Assembly (NCBI GenBank): GCA_016710885.1
Contig: JADJUC010000002.1
Span: 181,972 to 245,971, forward strand
Source of the DNA: Candidatus Proximibacter danicus
Lineage (GTDB): Bacteria > Pseudomonadota > Gammaproteobacteria > Burkholderiales > Rhodocyclaceae
Direction: 5' to 3'
DNA length: 64,000 nucleotides
The notes beneath the pieces were generated by a model, which did not search any database, had not been told where the DNA came from, and saw only the letters and a list, made by a program, of their open reading frames with translations. Below are positions 17,616-27,108 of the stretch, piece after piece. Position numbers and translations under genes: made by a program. Positions within the stretch are counted from its first letter, which is position 1, and each line of letters opens with the position of its first letter.

Positions 17616-18588
17616 AACGGGCGCCCATCTGCTTGAAGCGGGTCAGCGAGAACAGGACTTCATGCGGATGCGCCTCGATGCCGACTTCGGCACGCAGGCT
17701 GGCAATGCGCAGCTCGACCTCCTCGCGCGCCTGTCCGTGGATCATGCAGAAGAGGTTGTACGGCCAGTCGGGCGGCACGCGCGGGCGGCGGTAGCAGAGG
17801 GTGACGCCCTCGGCCCGCGCCAGGGCGTTGCCGACCGCTTCGACCTCGGCATCGGGAATGTTGTGCACCAGCATGGCGTTGGCGCGATAGCCGAGCTCGT
17901 GGTGACGGACGACAACGCCGAAGCGCTTGATGATGCCCTCCTCGCACCAGCGATTGATGCGCTGGAGCACTTCGATTTCCTCGCAGCCGACACGCGAGGC
18001 GAGGATGGAAAACGGCCGGATGAAGAACGGCAACCCTTCCTGCAGCGCCATGACCAGGCGGCGTTCAAGTTCTTCCAGCGGGCGTGGCGGCGCGAAGTTG
18101 CGGACGGCAGCCGGGCGTTTCTTCTCGCCGGGCTTCATGCAGAAGCCAAGGTCGATATGGAACTCCTGCTCCAGCGGCAAACGCAGGATCGGATAACCGG
18201 CAGCCTGCTCGATCGCCCCCAGTGCCGCCTGCAGCCGGCCTTCAGAGCCGGCGGTGACGACGAACCACAGGTTGTAGCGATGTTCGCGCTCGTAGTTATG
18301 ATTGACCTCGGGAAAGCGGTTGACGGCTTGCGCCACGATCTCCAGCTTTTCCGGCGGCACGGCCATCGCCGCCAGTGTAGAAGCGCCGATGCGCTTGGGC
18401 GCGAAGACCGGCCCGACGCGCGAAATCTTGCCGGACCGGCGCAATTCCTCCAGCCCCCGGATGACCACTCCTTCAGCCACCCCCAGACGCGAGGCCAGTT
18501 CGGCAAACGGCGCCGGACACAGCGGAAAATCGCGCTGAAAGTCGTTGAGCAGCCGAAACTGGAGGTCGGAATCGAGGGTTTGTTCCAT
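17608..18588 (-). CDS. nirD: fused NirD-NirL heme d1 biosynthesis protein
   Basis: Two tandem AsnC-like modules (LLNDFQRDFPLCPAPF...EVNHNYERE and LVMALQEGLPFFIRPF...LCYRRPRVPPDWPYNLFCMIHG). ATG 18588 is preferred over the track's TTG at 18600. Confidence 0.85.
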   Translation of the reverse strand: MEQTLDSDLQFRLLNDFQRDFPLCPAPFAELASRLGVAEGVVIRGLEELRRSGKISRVGPVFAPKRIGASTLAAMAVPPEKLEIVAQAVNRFPEVNHNYEREHRYNLWFVVTAGSEGRLQAALGAIEQAAGYPILRLPLEQEFHIDLGFCMKPGEKKRPAAVRNFAPPRPLEELERRLVMALQEGLPFFIRPFSILASRVGCEEIEVLQRINRWCEEGIIKRFGVVVRHHELGYRANAMLVHNIPDAEVEAVGNALARAEGVTLCYRRPRVPPDWPYNLFCMIHGQAREEVELRIASLRAEVGIEAHPHEVLFSLTRFKQMGARYA

Positions 18589-18596
18589 GGCGGTTT

Positions 18597-19760
18597 TCAA
18601 AAGCCGATGCGGGCGGCGCGGCTGGTGAAGAAGATACCCGAAGGCGCCTGCGCCGCAAACTCGCCGATCTTGTCGAAGCTGGCAGTATCGTAGATCACCA
18701 CCTTGTTGTCGTCACGCGCCGAGAGCCAGACGGCTTCGCCGCGCGGCGTGAATTCCATGTGCAGGATGGCCTTGCCCGGCGACAGGGTCTTCACCACCTT
18801 GCCGGAGAGGGTATCGATAACCTGCACTTCGGAGTAGTCGGGGAAGGCGAAGTTTACCCAGATCTGGCGACCGTCCGGGCGCGCCATGACGAAGACCGGT
18901 TGGCCCTTGACCGGGATGCGGCCGACTTCCTTCCAACTGATGCCATCCACGACCAGCACTTCGTGGCGACCGATCGCCGGCAGGTAGGCCTTGCCCTGCG
19001 CCATCGACCAGCCGCGCAAGTGCGGCATCTTGAACACCGGCAGTTTTTCCTCACCGCGGCCGTAGCCTTCGAGAATCTTCATGGCGCCCTTCTCCGGCTG
19101 CCACAGGTCGAGCAACGCCACGCCGTCCTCGCCGTAGAGACCGGCCATGAAGTAGCGGCCATCCGGCGTCACCAGCCCGTCGTAGGGTTGCTTGCCGGCC
19201 GGAAAGCGCTGCGTCGTCGGCTTTTTCGGGTCCTTGAAATCGGTGACCCAGATCTCGCCGCCTTCAAACAGGGCATAGGCAAACTTGCCGCCCTGTGCAT
19301 CGGCCAGACCGACCACCTTGGAGAACTGGCCCGGAGCGTATTCGGCCGGCACCTCGGAAAGCAGCTCCAAGGTTTCGGCGTCGAAAGCCTTGATACCACC
19401 CGGCGCGTAGTTCTGGGCGACGACGATCCGGCCGTCCTGCGAGATCGAGCCACCAATGGAGTTGCCAGCCTGGATGACGCGCTTGACGATGCGGGCTTCG
19501 AGCAGGTCGACCTTGGTCAGACCGCCGTCGCGACCGAAGATGAAGGCGTAGCGGCCATCGCGGGAATAGACGGTAGAAGCGTGCGAGAGATCGCCGAGTC
19601 CTTCGACGCGGGCATAGGGGGCCTTGGTCGAGGTGTTGATCAGGGTCAGGTGGCCACTGGCGCGCTCGATGACCAGACCGAGGTCACCAGTTCCCCGGAG
19701 CGGCTGGCCGGCACAGGCGGAAAGTAGCAGCACGGAAGCGAGAGCGAGAAATTTGCGCAT
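18597..19760 (-). CDS. nirF: NirF (cytochrome d1-like propeller, heme d1 maturation), lipoprotein signal
   Basis: MRKFLALASVLLLSAC lipobox, followed by a d1-type beta-propeller resembling the C-terminal part of NirS. ATG at 19760. Confidence 0.85.
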   Translation of the reverse strand: MRKFLALASVLLLSACAGQPLRGTGDLGLVIERASGHLTLINTSTKAPYARVEGLGDLSHASTVYSRDGRYAFIFGRDGGLTKVDLLEARIVKRVIQAGNSIGGSISQDGRIVVAQNYAPGGIKAFDAETLELLSEVPAEYAPGQFSKVVGLADAQGGKFAYALFEGGEIWVTDFKDPKKPTTQRFPAGKQPYDGLVTPDGRYFMAGLYGEDGVALLDLWQPEKGAMKILEGYGRGEEKLPVFKMPHLRGWSMAQGKAYLPAIGRHEVLVVDGISWKEVGRIPVKGQPVFVMARPDGRQIWVNFAFPDYSEVQVIDTLSGKVVKTLSPGKAILHMEFTPRGEAVWLSARDDNKVVIYDTASFDKIGEFAAQAPSGIFFTSRAARIGF

Positions 19761-19824
19761 GACGACCCTGTTCAAGTAATGGCGACACAGACGCCAAGAA
19801 TGCCCGTTATGCGTGCAGCGGGGT

Positions 19825-19838
19825 TTGGTTTACGTCAA
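19825..19838. promoter_or_regulatory. weak FNR/DNR-type box upstream of nirF
   Basis: TTGGT-TTAC-GTCAA matches 8/10 of TTGAT-N4-ATCAA. Its centre is ~70 nt upstream of the nirF ATG. Confidence 0.35.
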
Positions 19839-20060
19839 AGAAATGTTGGATCGGAGCATCCATTCAGGGCTGCTTCAGCGGTCGGAGCACGCCGCCAAAG
19901 GCTTGCCAAGCAGGCTGTTGCACATGATCGTTGCCGGCAGTCAAGCGAACTTTGACTCAGGTCAAGTTTCACCGCGATTGCAAGCGGCAGAATCGACGCG
20001 GGGTTGGCTTATACTCGCAGCCTCGCACCGCAACGCGCTCCACTCCGTTGGCCAAGCCGA

Positions 20061-20555
20061 ATGACTGAAACCGAAACTCCGCCCCGCCCTGCCGGCCGCA
20101 AGCTCCTCATCGACATGCTGATCCTGCTGGCCCTGATCGCACTCGGGGCTGCTGGCTATGTACTCGCGCCACTGTTGACGCCGCGAACGGACGTCACGCT
20201 GCCGATGTCGAGCTGCGACCTTGGCGCAACGGCCTGCACCATCACCCTGCCGAACGGAGGGCAGGTCGAGGTAGCCATTGCGCCACACCCGATTCCATCG
20301 CTCAAGCCACTCCAGTTGCGGGCCATCGTCAGCGACGCCACGGTGCGCAAGATCGAAATCGATTTCGCCGGTGTCGACATGAAAATGGGATTCAACCGCC
20401 CGCTGCTTGAAAATCTGGGAGATGGGCGCTTCTCGGGACAGGCCAGCCTGCCGGTGTGCATCACGGGGAAAATGCCGTGGGAAGCCACGGTACTCATCGA
20501 GACCGGCAGGACCGTCATCGCCGCGCCTTTCCGCTTTGAGGCGGAAGGTCAGTAG
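20061..20555 (+). CDS. membrane-anchored FixH/YtkA-like hypothetical protein
   Basis: MTETETPPRPAGRK, then one TM helix (LLIDMLILLALIALGAAGYVLA) and a beta-rich domain with DFAGVDMKMGFN. The family call is tentative. Confidence 0.5.
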   Translation: MTETETPPRPAGRKLLIDMLILLALIALGAAGYVLAPLLTPRTDVTLPMSSCDLGATACTITLPNGGQVEVAIAPHPIPSLKPLQLRAIVSDATVRKIEIDFAGVDMKMGFNRPLLENLGDGRFSGQASLPVCITGKMPWEATVLIETGRTVIAAPFRFEAEGQ

Positions 20556-20669
20556 TCTTTCGGGCGGGTTGGCCTGTCGCGTATTGATTTAGCGCCCTTG
20601 CGTTCAAGCTTTTGACCCGATATCGAAATATCTCCGGCAGTTTCAAATTCCAGTTGGAGCCTCCACGTG

Positions 20670-20704
20670 AAAAAGCCCGCAGCATTGAGCCGCGGGCTTT
20701 TGCA
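20670..20704. terminator. bidirectional terminator-like hairpin between convergent genes
   Basis: AAAAA-GCCCGC-(11 nt)-GCGGGC-TTTT. Confidence 0.5.
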
Positions 20705-20729
20705 CAGCAGGGAACACGCGCCGGGAAAA

Positions 20730-21152
20730 CTACTTTTGCTCAGTCACAAAAGCGATCTTCGTCAGCCCTGATTTCTGTGCTGCAGCCAGTACCTCGGTCA
20801 CCCGCTCGTAACGCGTGGCACGGTCGGCGCGGAGATGCAATTCGGGAACGCCACCCGATGCGACGATGGACTGAAAACGTGCCTCAAGACCATGCACCTC
20901 ATTGCGATCCAGCCGCTCACCATCGACGTAAACATCGCCATCGCCGTCAATGAGTACGGATGTGACGCGTGGTGGCTCGTCGAGGCGCGTCGACTCCACC
21001 TTGGGTAAATCAATCGGCACCGCCTGATGAAACAAGGGCGCGGTAATGATGAAAATGACCAACAGTACCAGCATCACATCGACCAACGGCGTGGTATTGA
21101 TCTCGGCCATCGGCTGGGTAACGCCGGGGGTATCGAAGGAACCAAAGGACAT
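20730..21152 (-). CDS. exbD: biopolymer transport protein ExbD/TolR
   Basis: INTTPLVDVMLVLLVIFIITAP is the typical ExbD anchor. Confidence 0.9.
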   Translation of the reverse strand: MSFGSFDTPGVTQPMAEINTTPLVDVMLVLLVIFIITAPLFHQAVPIDLPKVESTRLDEPPRVTSVLIDGDGDVYVDGERLDRNEVHGLEARFQSIVASGGVPELHLRADRATRYERVTEVLAAAQKSGLTKIAFVTEQK

Positions 21153-21161
21153 CGCCGCGCC

Positions 21162-21899
21162 TTACGCCGATTTGGCCGAACGGGCAGCAGCAAGGTCGAC
21201 AAGCTTGTCACCGGGGCGGCCACGCAGACCTGTCGTCAGGTAGGCATGCAGGTCATGCGCAAAACCGTCCATGCGCGCCAGGATCAATCGGTTGCCACGG
21301 GTGAAGGCGTTGTAGGCAAGCACGGCCGGAATGGCGACGAAGAGACCGGCAGCCGTCATGATCAGTGCCTCGCCAACCGGGCCGGCGACCTTGTCGAGCA
21401 CGACCTGTGTCGCGCCGGAAAGGCCGACGAGTGCATGGTAGATACCCCAGACGGTACCGAACAGGCCGATGAAGGGCGCCGTTGAACCCACTGAAGCGAG
21501 AAACGTAAGCCCCGATTCGATTTTCGCCTGCGATTCGACGATCTGGCAGCGCACTGCACGGGTCACGAACTCACTGGCGCTGACTCCTGCGCCAATACCT
21601 CGGGCGGCATGCTGGCGATGAAGCGCTGCGGCATTGGCGCCGGCGATGGCCAACCCGGCCAGCACGCCGGTTTTGTCTTCGATCCGAATGGCTTCAATGG
21701 CGGCCGGCAAGGACTCCGCACCCCAGAAGGCATTCATCGCCCGTGCATGACTATGCCGTGCCTGCCAAAGGCCGCTGATCTTGCCAGCCATGACATACCA
21801 GCTGGCCAGCGACAGACCGAGAAGAAGGATCGCGACAAAGTGCGTCACCATGTCGCCCTGCGCCCAGAATTGCGCCAAGCCCATTTCCATTCTCATCAT
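21162..21899 (-). CDS. exbB: MotA/TolQ/ExbB proton channel protein
   Basis: LASVGSTAPFIGLFGTVWGI...GEALIMTAAGLFVAIPAVLAYN. Confidence 0.9.
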   Translation of the reverse strand: MMRMEMGLAQFWAQGDMVTHFVAILLLGLSLASWYVMAGKISGLWQARHSHARAMNAFWGAESLPAAIEAIRIEDKTGVLAGLAIAGANAAALHRQHAARGIGAGVSASEFVTRAVRCQIVESQAKIESGLTFLASVGSTAPFIGLFGTVWGIYHALVGLSGATQVVLDKVAGPVGEALIMTAAGLFVAIPAVLAYNAFTRGNRLILARMDGFAHDLHAYLTTGLRGRPGDKLVDLAAARSAKSA

Positions 21900-21905
21900 T
21901 GACCC

Positions 21906-22598
21906 TCAATTGCTTAAAGTGAAATTCAGCGGCACCAGCACGGACGCCTCTATCGGTTCGTTGCCCTGCCGCGCCGACACAAAACGCCAGCGTTCGACTG
22001 CCGCCCGGGCCGCCTCGTCAAGACGCGGGAAGCCGCTCGACTTGCTGACCTCGATGCTCAGCGGCATCCCCTGCGTACTGACGCGCACACGCAGCACCAC
22101 TTTGCCTTCCTCACCGAGCCGGCGGGACATCGGTGGATAGGCCGGCTTCGGATTCTGCAGATAATCAGCGTCAAAGCGCGCGGCGGTTATCGGCGCCGGG
22201 GCCTGGATGGACGGCAACGCGACCGGTTCGGGCTGCGGAGTAACGGAAAAACTGGCTGGTGCATCATCGCGCTTCGAAGCAGTCATGACCGGCGGCGGTG
22301 TCTGCACCTTTTTGGCGGCGGGCTGTTGCGGAACTGGCTTGGGCGACTCAATCCTGGGCGGCTTGGCCACCTCGGGCTCGATCATGCGCACGGCCAACGC
22401 GCGGATCGGTGCGATGACTTCCGGGCGGATGGCGGCATAGACCAGCAACGCCAGAATCACGACATGCACTGCAATCACCAGCACGCCGGAAAGACCTCGC
22501 TGAAAGAACCCGGCCCGGCCGTCGACAACCGGCGCGAAGAACTCGACCGGTGCGGACTCGGAGCGGTGAGGTGCTGTCACAGCGTTTCGCGGACCCAT
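21906..22598 (-). CDS. tonB: energy transducer TonB
   Basis: One TM helix, a Pro-rich spacer (KPPRIESPKPVPQQPAAKKVQTPPP) and the C-terminal motif YPPMSRRLGEEGKVVLRVRV. Confidence 0.9.
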   Translation of the reverse strand: MGPRNAVTAPHRSESAPVEFFAPVVDGRAGFFQRGLSGVLVIAVHVVILALLVYAAIRPEVIAPIRALAVRMIEPEVAKPPRIESPKPVPQQPAAKKVQTPPPVMTASKRDDAPASFSVTPQPEPVALPSIQAPAPITAARFDADYLQNPKPAYPPMSRRLGEEGKVVLRVRVSTQGMPLSIEVSKSSGFPRLDEAARAAVERWRFVSARQGNEPIEASVLVPLNFTLSN

Positions 22599-23047
22599 CG
22601 CTGGAGGCGTTCTTCCGGCACGATGCCTGACACTGCCTCGACCTTATGGCTGCGATCATAGAGATGTGTGCGCGGCAACTCGCCGTACCATCGACGATCG
22701 ATCTCGAAACGCAGGCGCTCGGGCATCGGATCGGCGAAAACCCATTGCTCGACCTTGCCAAGACCGTAGGATTTTGCCAGTTGGGCGGTTTGCGGCGCAT
22801 CGTCCGGCGTATCGGCGGCAACCAGCACGACATCAAGCTTCGGATGACGACGTTTCAGCTCACCGAGCGTCTTCAGTTCGGCTGGGCAGTGCGTGCAACC
22901 GACCGACCAGAACGCAAGCACGAAGGGCTTGCCTTGCCGGGCTGCCTGAATCTGCGCCAGGCTGCCGGCAACGAACGGACGAACCACCGTGTCGGCCATC
23001 GCTGCAGGTGCCAACAACACCAGCAACATCGTTAGCAGGCTGCGCAT
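22577..23047 (-). CDS. secreted TlpA-like thioredoxin-fold protein
   Basis: Signal peptide MRSLLTMLLVLLAPAAMA and active-site-like FWSVGCTHCP. Its ATG overlaps the stop of the upstream propeller gene. Confidence 0.8.
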   Translation of the reverse strand: MRSLLTMLLVLLAPAAMADTVVRPFVAGSLAQIQAARQGKPFVLAFWSVGCTHCPAELKTLGELKRRHPKLDVVLVAADTPDDAPQTAQLAKSYGLGKVEQWVFADPMPERLRFEIDRRWYGELPRTHLYDRSHKVEAVSGIVPEERLQRWVRETL

Positions 23048-24285
23048 CAGGGCTGTACCCCAAGATCGAAGATGCGTACCGCGCCATCGGCATACCACGC
23101 CAGCAAGGGTTTACCAGCCCCCGCCACGAAGAGTGGCAAATCAGCCGCATTGCCCGCAGTTGCAAGCGCCGTCGGCGCCGACCACTTCTCGCCACGATCA
23201 TCGGAGTGCTGTGTCATCACGCGATACTGCTTGCCGTCAAACTCTCGCCACGCCAGCCAGGCACGCCCATCACGCGCAAACACGGTCGGATTGCCGGCCT
23301 GCGTATCGGGGTTACCGAGGGCCAGCGGCGGACTCATCCTTTCACCATCAGCGTGACGGTAGTAGATGCCCGGGCCTTTCGGGCTGCCAGTGAACCAGAC
23401 GAGATGCCGGCGACCACTTTCGTCGATGGCCAGATCGCCACCATGGTGCGGGCAGGCAGCAATTTTCCAGTCGTCCTCGCTGGCCCGTTGCATTTTTGCC
23501 CCTGGAACCAACGGGGCAACCGCAAAGTCACGGATGTTGTCCCCGAAGACGTGACGCCACTGCGCCTGTGCCTCACCGTTCGGCGCAAAGGCGAGGCCGA
23601 TGCGGCAGCATTCGCAGGAGTGGTCGGCGAGCATGGTGTTCGCCGAAAAAGTTTCGCCGCGGTTCTCGGAGACGACGTAGAAAATACTGGAGCCGAGGTG
23701 CTTATTTCCTGCCTTGGCCTGGGCTGTCTTCTCGCGTGAATCCAGCCAAACCAGTGCCATCCGCCCCTGGCTATTCATCGCCAGGGTCGGGAAGCTGTGG
23801 CCGATCTCTTCGCGGTCGCTATTCACGATGACCGGCGACGAGAAGCTGCGCCCACCATCGACCGAGCGCGCAAAGCGGACATGGCCGGTATGCAGCTTCG
23901 GCAAGGCCTGCGCCCAGGTCACGGCGACCATGCCGCCGCCAGCCACCACCTTCGGACGGTTCTGGCCATCGGCCAGGATCGCTTCCGGCTCAGGGTTGAC
24001 CTTCACATCGCCGGCAAAAGTCTTGCCGCCATCGTCGGAACGACTGACCCAGACATGCCCCTTTTCCATCCGTGCAAGCCACAGCCGGCCGGTTTCATCG
24101 GCGGCAACCGACACTGATGAACCGACAGATGCCGTCAGGCGATCCTGCCAGTGCTTGCTCATGGCGTCACGCGCCGCATTGTTGGCGTGCTGTTCCTGAG
24201 CCGTCAGCGGCAACACGGCCAGCGAAAAAACGACAGCCAGCAGCGGCCGCATGCGGCTACGCAGGAAGGTGCTCATGATCACCAT
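23047..24285 (-). CDS. secreted BNR/Asp-box beta-propeller protein (sialidase-like fold, function unknown)
   Basis: Signal peptide, four Asp-boxes (SRSDDGGKTF, ARSVDGGRSF, VSENRGETF, QHSDDRGEKW), and the Cys/His motifs HSCECC and ACPHHGG. An alternative ATG lies at 24276. Confidence 0.75.
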   Translation of the reverse strand: MVIMSTFLRSRMRPLLAVVFSLAVLPLTAQEQHANNAARDAMSKHWQDRLTASVGSSVSVAADETGRLWLARMEKGHVWVSRSDDGGKTFAGDVKVNPEPEAILADGQNRPKVVAGGGMVAVTWAQALPKLHTGHVRFARSVDGGRSFSSPVIVNSDREEIGHSFPTLAMNSQGRMALVWLDSREKTAQAKAGNKHLGSSIFYVVSENRGETFSANTMLADHSCECCRIGLAFAPNGEAQAQWRHVFGDNIRDFAVAPLVPGAKMQRASEDDWKIAACPHHGGDLAIDESGRRHLVWFTGSPKGPGIYYRHADGERMSPPLALGNPDTQAGNPTVFARDGRAWLAWREFDGKQYRVMTQHSDDRGEKWSAPTALATAGNAADLPLFVAGAGKPLLAWYADGAVRIFDLGVQP

Positions 24286-26435
24286 TTCGCCTGCACACCG
24301 ACAACGAATGCACGCGGCAAACCGGTAGAGTAGGTCGGCGCCGTACCATCCATACCCACCGTTTCTGCATACTGTTTGTCAAACAGGTTGTTGATGCTGC
24401 CGAAAACTTCCCAACGTTTTTCGATGGGATAGTTGGCGCGGAGGTTAACTAGATTGTGCCCGCTGTATTGCTTGGTATTGCCCTGATCATGGTAGTAATT
24501 GCCAAGCTTGAACCATTCAAGCTGGAAGCGGCCGCCGTTCATGCAACCCGGCGCATAGGTCAGGCGTGTGTTGGCGATCAGGCGCGGAGCGGCTTCCATC
24601 TCGTTGCCGCTGTAGTCAGCGGTACCCGACACCTTCCACTGTTCGTACGAATGTTTGGCATACGAAAGGCTGGCATCGATACGCCAGGCGTCGGCAATCG
24701 GCGCGCCAAGGCCGAATTCGACGCCCTTGTGCAAGGTCTCTCCGGCATTCACCACCGTACGCTGGTTGGTCGAAGGGTCGGTGTAGCTGACGATGTCGTC
24801 CTTCTTCTTCATGTAATAAACGGACACTTCGTAGTTCGCTTTGCCTGCAAGTCCTCGCAAACCCATTTCGTAGTTATCGACGATGACGGGCTTCAGATCG
24901 AGCAGCGACTCTGCGGCACGTTGTGCGCGAATCGCCGTGCTCTCGCGACTGCCGCGGAATACCTGGCCCTCAGAAGGCGTACGGAAAGAGTTGCTGTAGT
25001 TGGCAAAACCGCTGAGCACCTTACTGAACTCGTAGGTCGCACCAAATTTCGGACCCCAGTGGCTGTAATCAACCTTGGCACTGGCTACGTGACCATAAAA
25101 ACCGTTACCAGGGAAGCCGCCTGCAACTCCCTGTGAAGCGCCTGCAGCGCCACCCCGGAAGTTATTGTCGTAGTCGTACTGCATGTCGTCATAACGCAAA
25201 CCTGCAATAAGACGCAGTTTTTCGGTCGGCGATATTTCCCCATGTATGTAAGGAGAAATGCTGCGAAATGTCACGTCGTAGTCATATATCTGCACCGGTA
25301 CGACACCCTTGTTGTAGGTGTAGTTTCTCCCCAACACATTGTTACCGGTGCTGGTGACGCGAATCGAATCCTCGTCGCGCGACCCCGGGCTGATGTCGAA
25401 GTCGAGACCGACAATAACTCGCGCCCGCATCGGTTCAAAATCATGACGGTACTTGCTGAGGAAACCGAAGGACTGGTTCTTCGTGGTGTACTGGACCGGA
25501 TCGTAGCTGACCATCCAGCTCGGAAGGATTTCCATCGAATTGTCGCGCACATACGGCGTGATCGAGATCAACGAATTCCCCAGTTCCTTCTCGTAGGAAG
25601 TCGACAGGCGGAAGGCATCGACCTTGCGGTATGAAAAACCGATGTTGTTGGTTTTCCGTGAGGAATCGTCGTCATACTGGCTCTTGGTCAGGCTGCCGAC
25701 ATGGTTCTGGTCGACCTGCGAGAACGAGAATACGGTTTTCAGCGTGGCGTCACTGCCGAGCGCTCGGTCCCAGCGAAAATTTCCGGTTTGCCGATCGTAC
25801 CCGGCATGATCCTGATATCCATTGTTTGTCGTCAGGTTGAGACTGGCGCGCCAAGCGTCATCCCCCGAGGAATTGCCACCGCTCATCATCAGGCGCCCCC
25901 AGCCGAAGGAGCCGGCTTCGGCGCTTGTCTCAAGTTCAGCCTCACGCGGCGGCGTACGCGTCAGTACGTTGACCGTGCCACCGATGGCGTCAGAGCCATA
26001 AAGGGCACTGCCGGGCCCCTTGGATATCTCCATGCCGCCGGACTGCGGGACATTGATTTCGTACATCGCGTTATGGTTGAAGAAGCCGGTCGAACGCGTC
26101 GGAATGCCGTCCTCCAGATAGAGATAGACGGCGCCCGTTGTCAGCGGCTGGCGAATAGCTGTGGAATGCCCTTCTCCGGAAAGGTTGCTGACCCACACTC
26201 CGGGAACCTGATTCATCACCTGACTGGGGTGCGATGGTCGCTGCTGACGAATGCGTTCGCCACTGACCGTGTCGACGGTGTTCGGCGTTTCGGTGATCAG
26301 TTGCGCCTCGCGCGTACCGGTGACGGTAATCTCCCCCAAGGAAGCCGCAGGACTCTCAGCATAAGACAGATGTGAGACGGGGAAGGTGAGCGCCAGAGCG
26401 ACGACAACCGGCTTGAGGTGTAGGTTCGTTTGCAT
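24279..26435 (-). CDS. TonB-dependent outer-membrane receptor
   Basis: Start moved to MQTNLHLKPVVVALALTF (ATG 26435). Plug region ITVTGTRE...GPGSALYGSDAIGGTVNV, a long barrel and a terminal ...VVGVQAKW. Confidence 0.9.
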   Translation of the reverse strand: MQTNLHLKPVVVALALTFPVSHLSYAESPAASLGEITVTGTREAQLITETPNTVDTVSGERIRQQRPSHPSQVMNQVPGVWVSNLSGEGHSTAIRQPLTTGAVYLYLEDGIPTRSTGFFNHNAMYEINVPQSGGMEISKGPGSALYGSDAIGGTVNVLTRTPPREAELETSAEAGSFGWGRLMMSGGNSSGDDAWRASLNLTTNNGYQDHAGYDRQTGNFRWDRALGSDATLKTVFSFSQVDQNHVGSLTKSQYDDDSSRKTNNIGFSYRKVDAFRLSTSYEKELGNSLISITPYVRDNSMEILPSWMVSYDPVQYTTKNQSFGFLSKYRHDFEPMRARVIVGLDFDISPGSRDEDSIRVTSTGNNVLGRNYTYNKGVVPVQIYDYDVTFRSISPYIHGEISPTEKLRLIAGLRYDDMQYDYDNNFRGGAAGASQGVAGGFPGNGFYGHVASAKVDYSHWGPKFGATYEFSKVLSGFANYSNSFRTPSEGQVFRGSRESTAIRAQRAAESLLDLKPVIVDNYEMGLRGLAGKANYEVSVYYMKKKDDIVSYTDPSTNQRTVVNAGETLHKGVEFGLGAPIADAWRIDASLSYAKHSYEQWKVSGTADYSGNEMEAAPRLIANTRLTYAPGCMNGGRFQLEWFKLGNYYHDQGNTKQYSGHNLVNLRANYPIEKRWEVFGSINNLFDKQYAETVGMDGTAPTYSTGLPRAFVVGVQAKW

Positions 26436-26562
26436 TAATCGGGTCCGTAAATAAGAATTCACTACTAAATCAGTGAACACAGGCGGAGCCGATAGTAACG
26501 AAAACGATGAGGCTGGCCGTGCGACATATCGCCGCAGAAGAAGGCTACAGGCCCTCAAAAAA

Positions 26563-26576
26563 TTGATGGCTGTCAA
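26563..26576. promoter_or_regulatory. FNR/DNR-type box upstream of the TonB-dependent receptor operon
   Basis: TTGAT-GGCT-GTCAA matches 9/10 of TTGAT-N4-ATCAA. It lies between the csp terminator and the receptor ATG, about 130 nt upstream of the ATG. Confidence 0.5.
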
Positions 26577-26611
26577 ATCAGGACAAAATAGCCCGCACCA
26601 CCCCCCTCCCT

Positions 26612-26641
26612 TGAAACAAAAAAGCCCGCCATCGGCGGGCT
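26612..26641 (-). terminator. rho-independent terminator after the csp-like gene
   Basis: Minus strand reads AGCCCGCC-GAT-GGCGGGCT followed by TTTTTGTTT. Confidence 0.75.
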
Positions 26642-26660
26642 GCGTTGAAGGCTGCGATTT

Positions 26661-27095
26661 TCAGGCAGCGAGTTTTTTGCACTCTTTCAAGCACGCCGCG
26701 CAGGCTTCGGCGCAGTCTTTGCACTGGGAATGTTTTTTCTCGTGCTTGCGACACTCTTTCTCGCAGTCTTCACAGATTTCGCCGGCCACTTTGGCGTATC
26801 TGGCAAGAAACTTCGATTCCGAGGTAGCCAAGCGTTGCAGGGCAGCGCAAACCGCCAGCAGTTCATTTACGCTCTTGGCACAGGCGGCCATTTCCTTGTC
26901 GCCATTGCCAAGCAATTCGAAGCAGTGATTCAGGCAGGCCTCACCGGTGCGGACACAATCGCCGGAAGTGCCGATCAGCCCCTGATACTTGGCACCGTGG
27001 TGGTGGTCGTGGTCGTGATTGGCAGCTACCGCATCCACAGCCAGCGCAGCCATGGCCAATGCCCCGACACTCCCAAGCATTTCGCGTCTATGCAT
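26661..27095 (-). CDS. Tat-exported Cys-rich four-helix-bundle copper-binding protein (Csp1/DUF326-like)
   Basis: Twin-arginine leader MHRREMLGSVGALAMAALA, a His-rich NHDHDHHHG stretch, and 13 Cys in the mature part arranged in the repeating helical pattern (...GEACLNHCFELL...CEDCEKECRKH...CKDCAEACAACLKECKK). Confidence 0.8.
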   Translation of the reverse strand: MHRREMLGSVGALAMAALAVDAVAANHDHDHHHGAKYQGLIGTSGDCVRTGEACLNHCFELLGNGDKEMAACAKSVNELLAVCAALQRLATSESKFLARYAKVAGEICEDCEKECRKHEKKHSQCKDCAEACAACLKECKKLAA

Positions 27096-27108
27096 CTTTG
27101 AACCCTTC

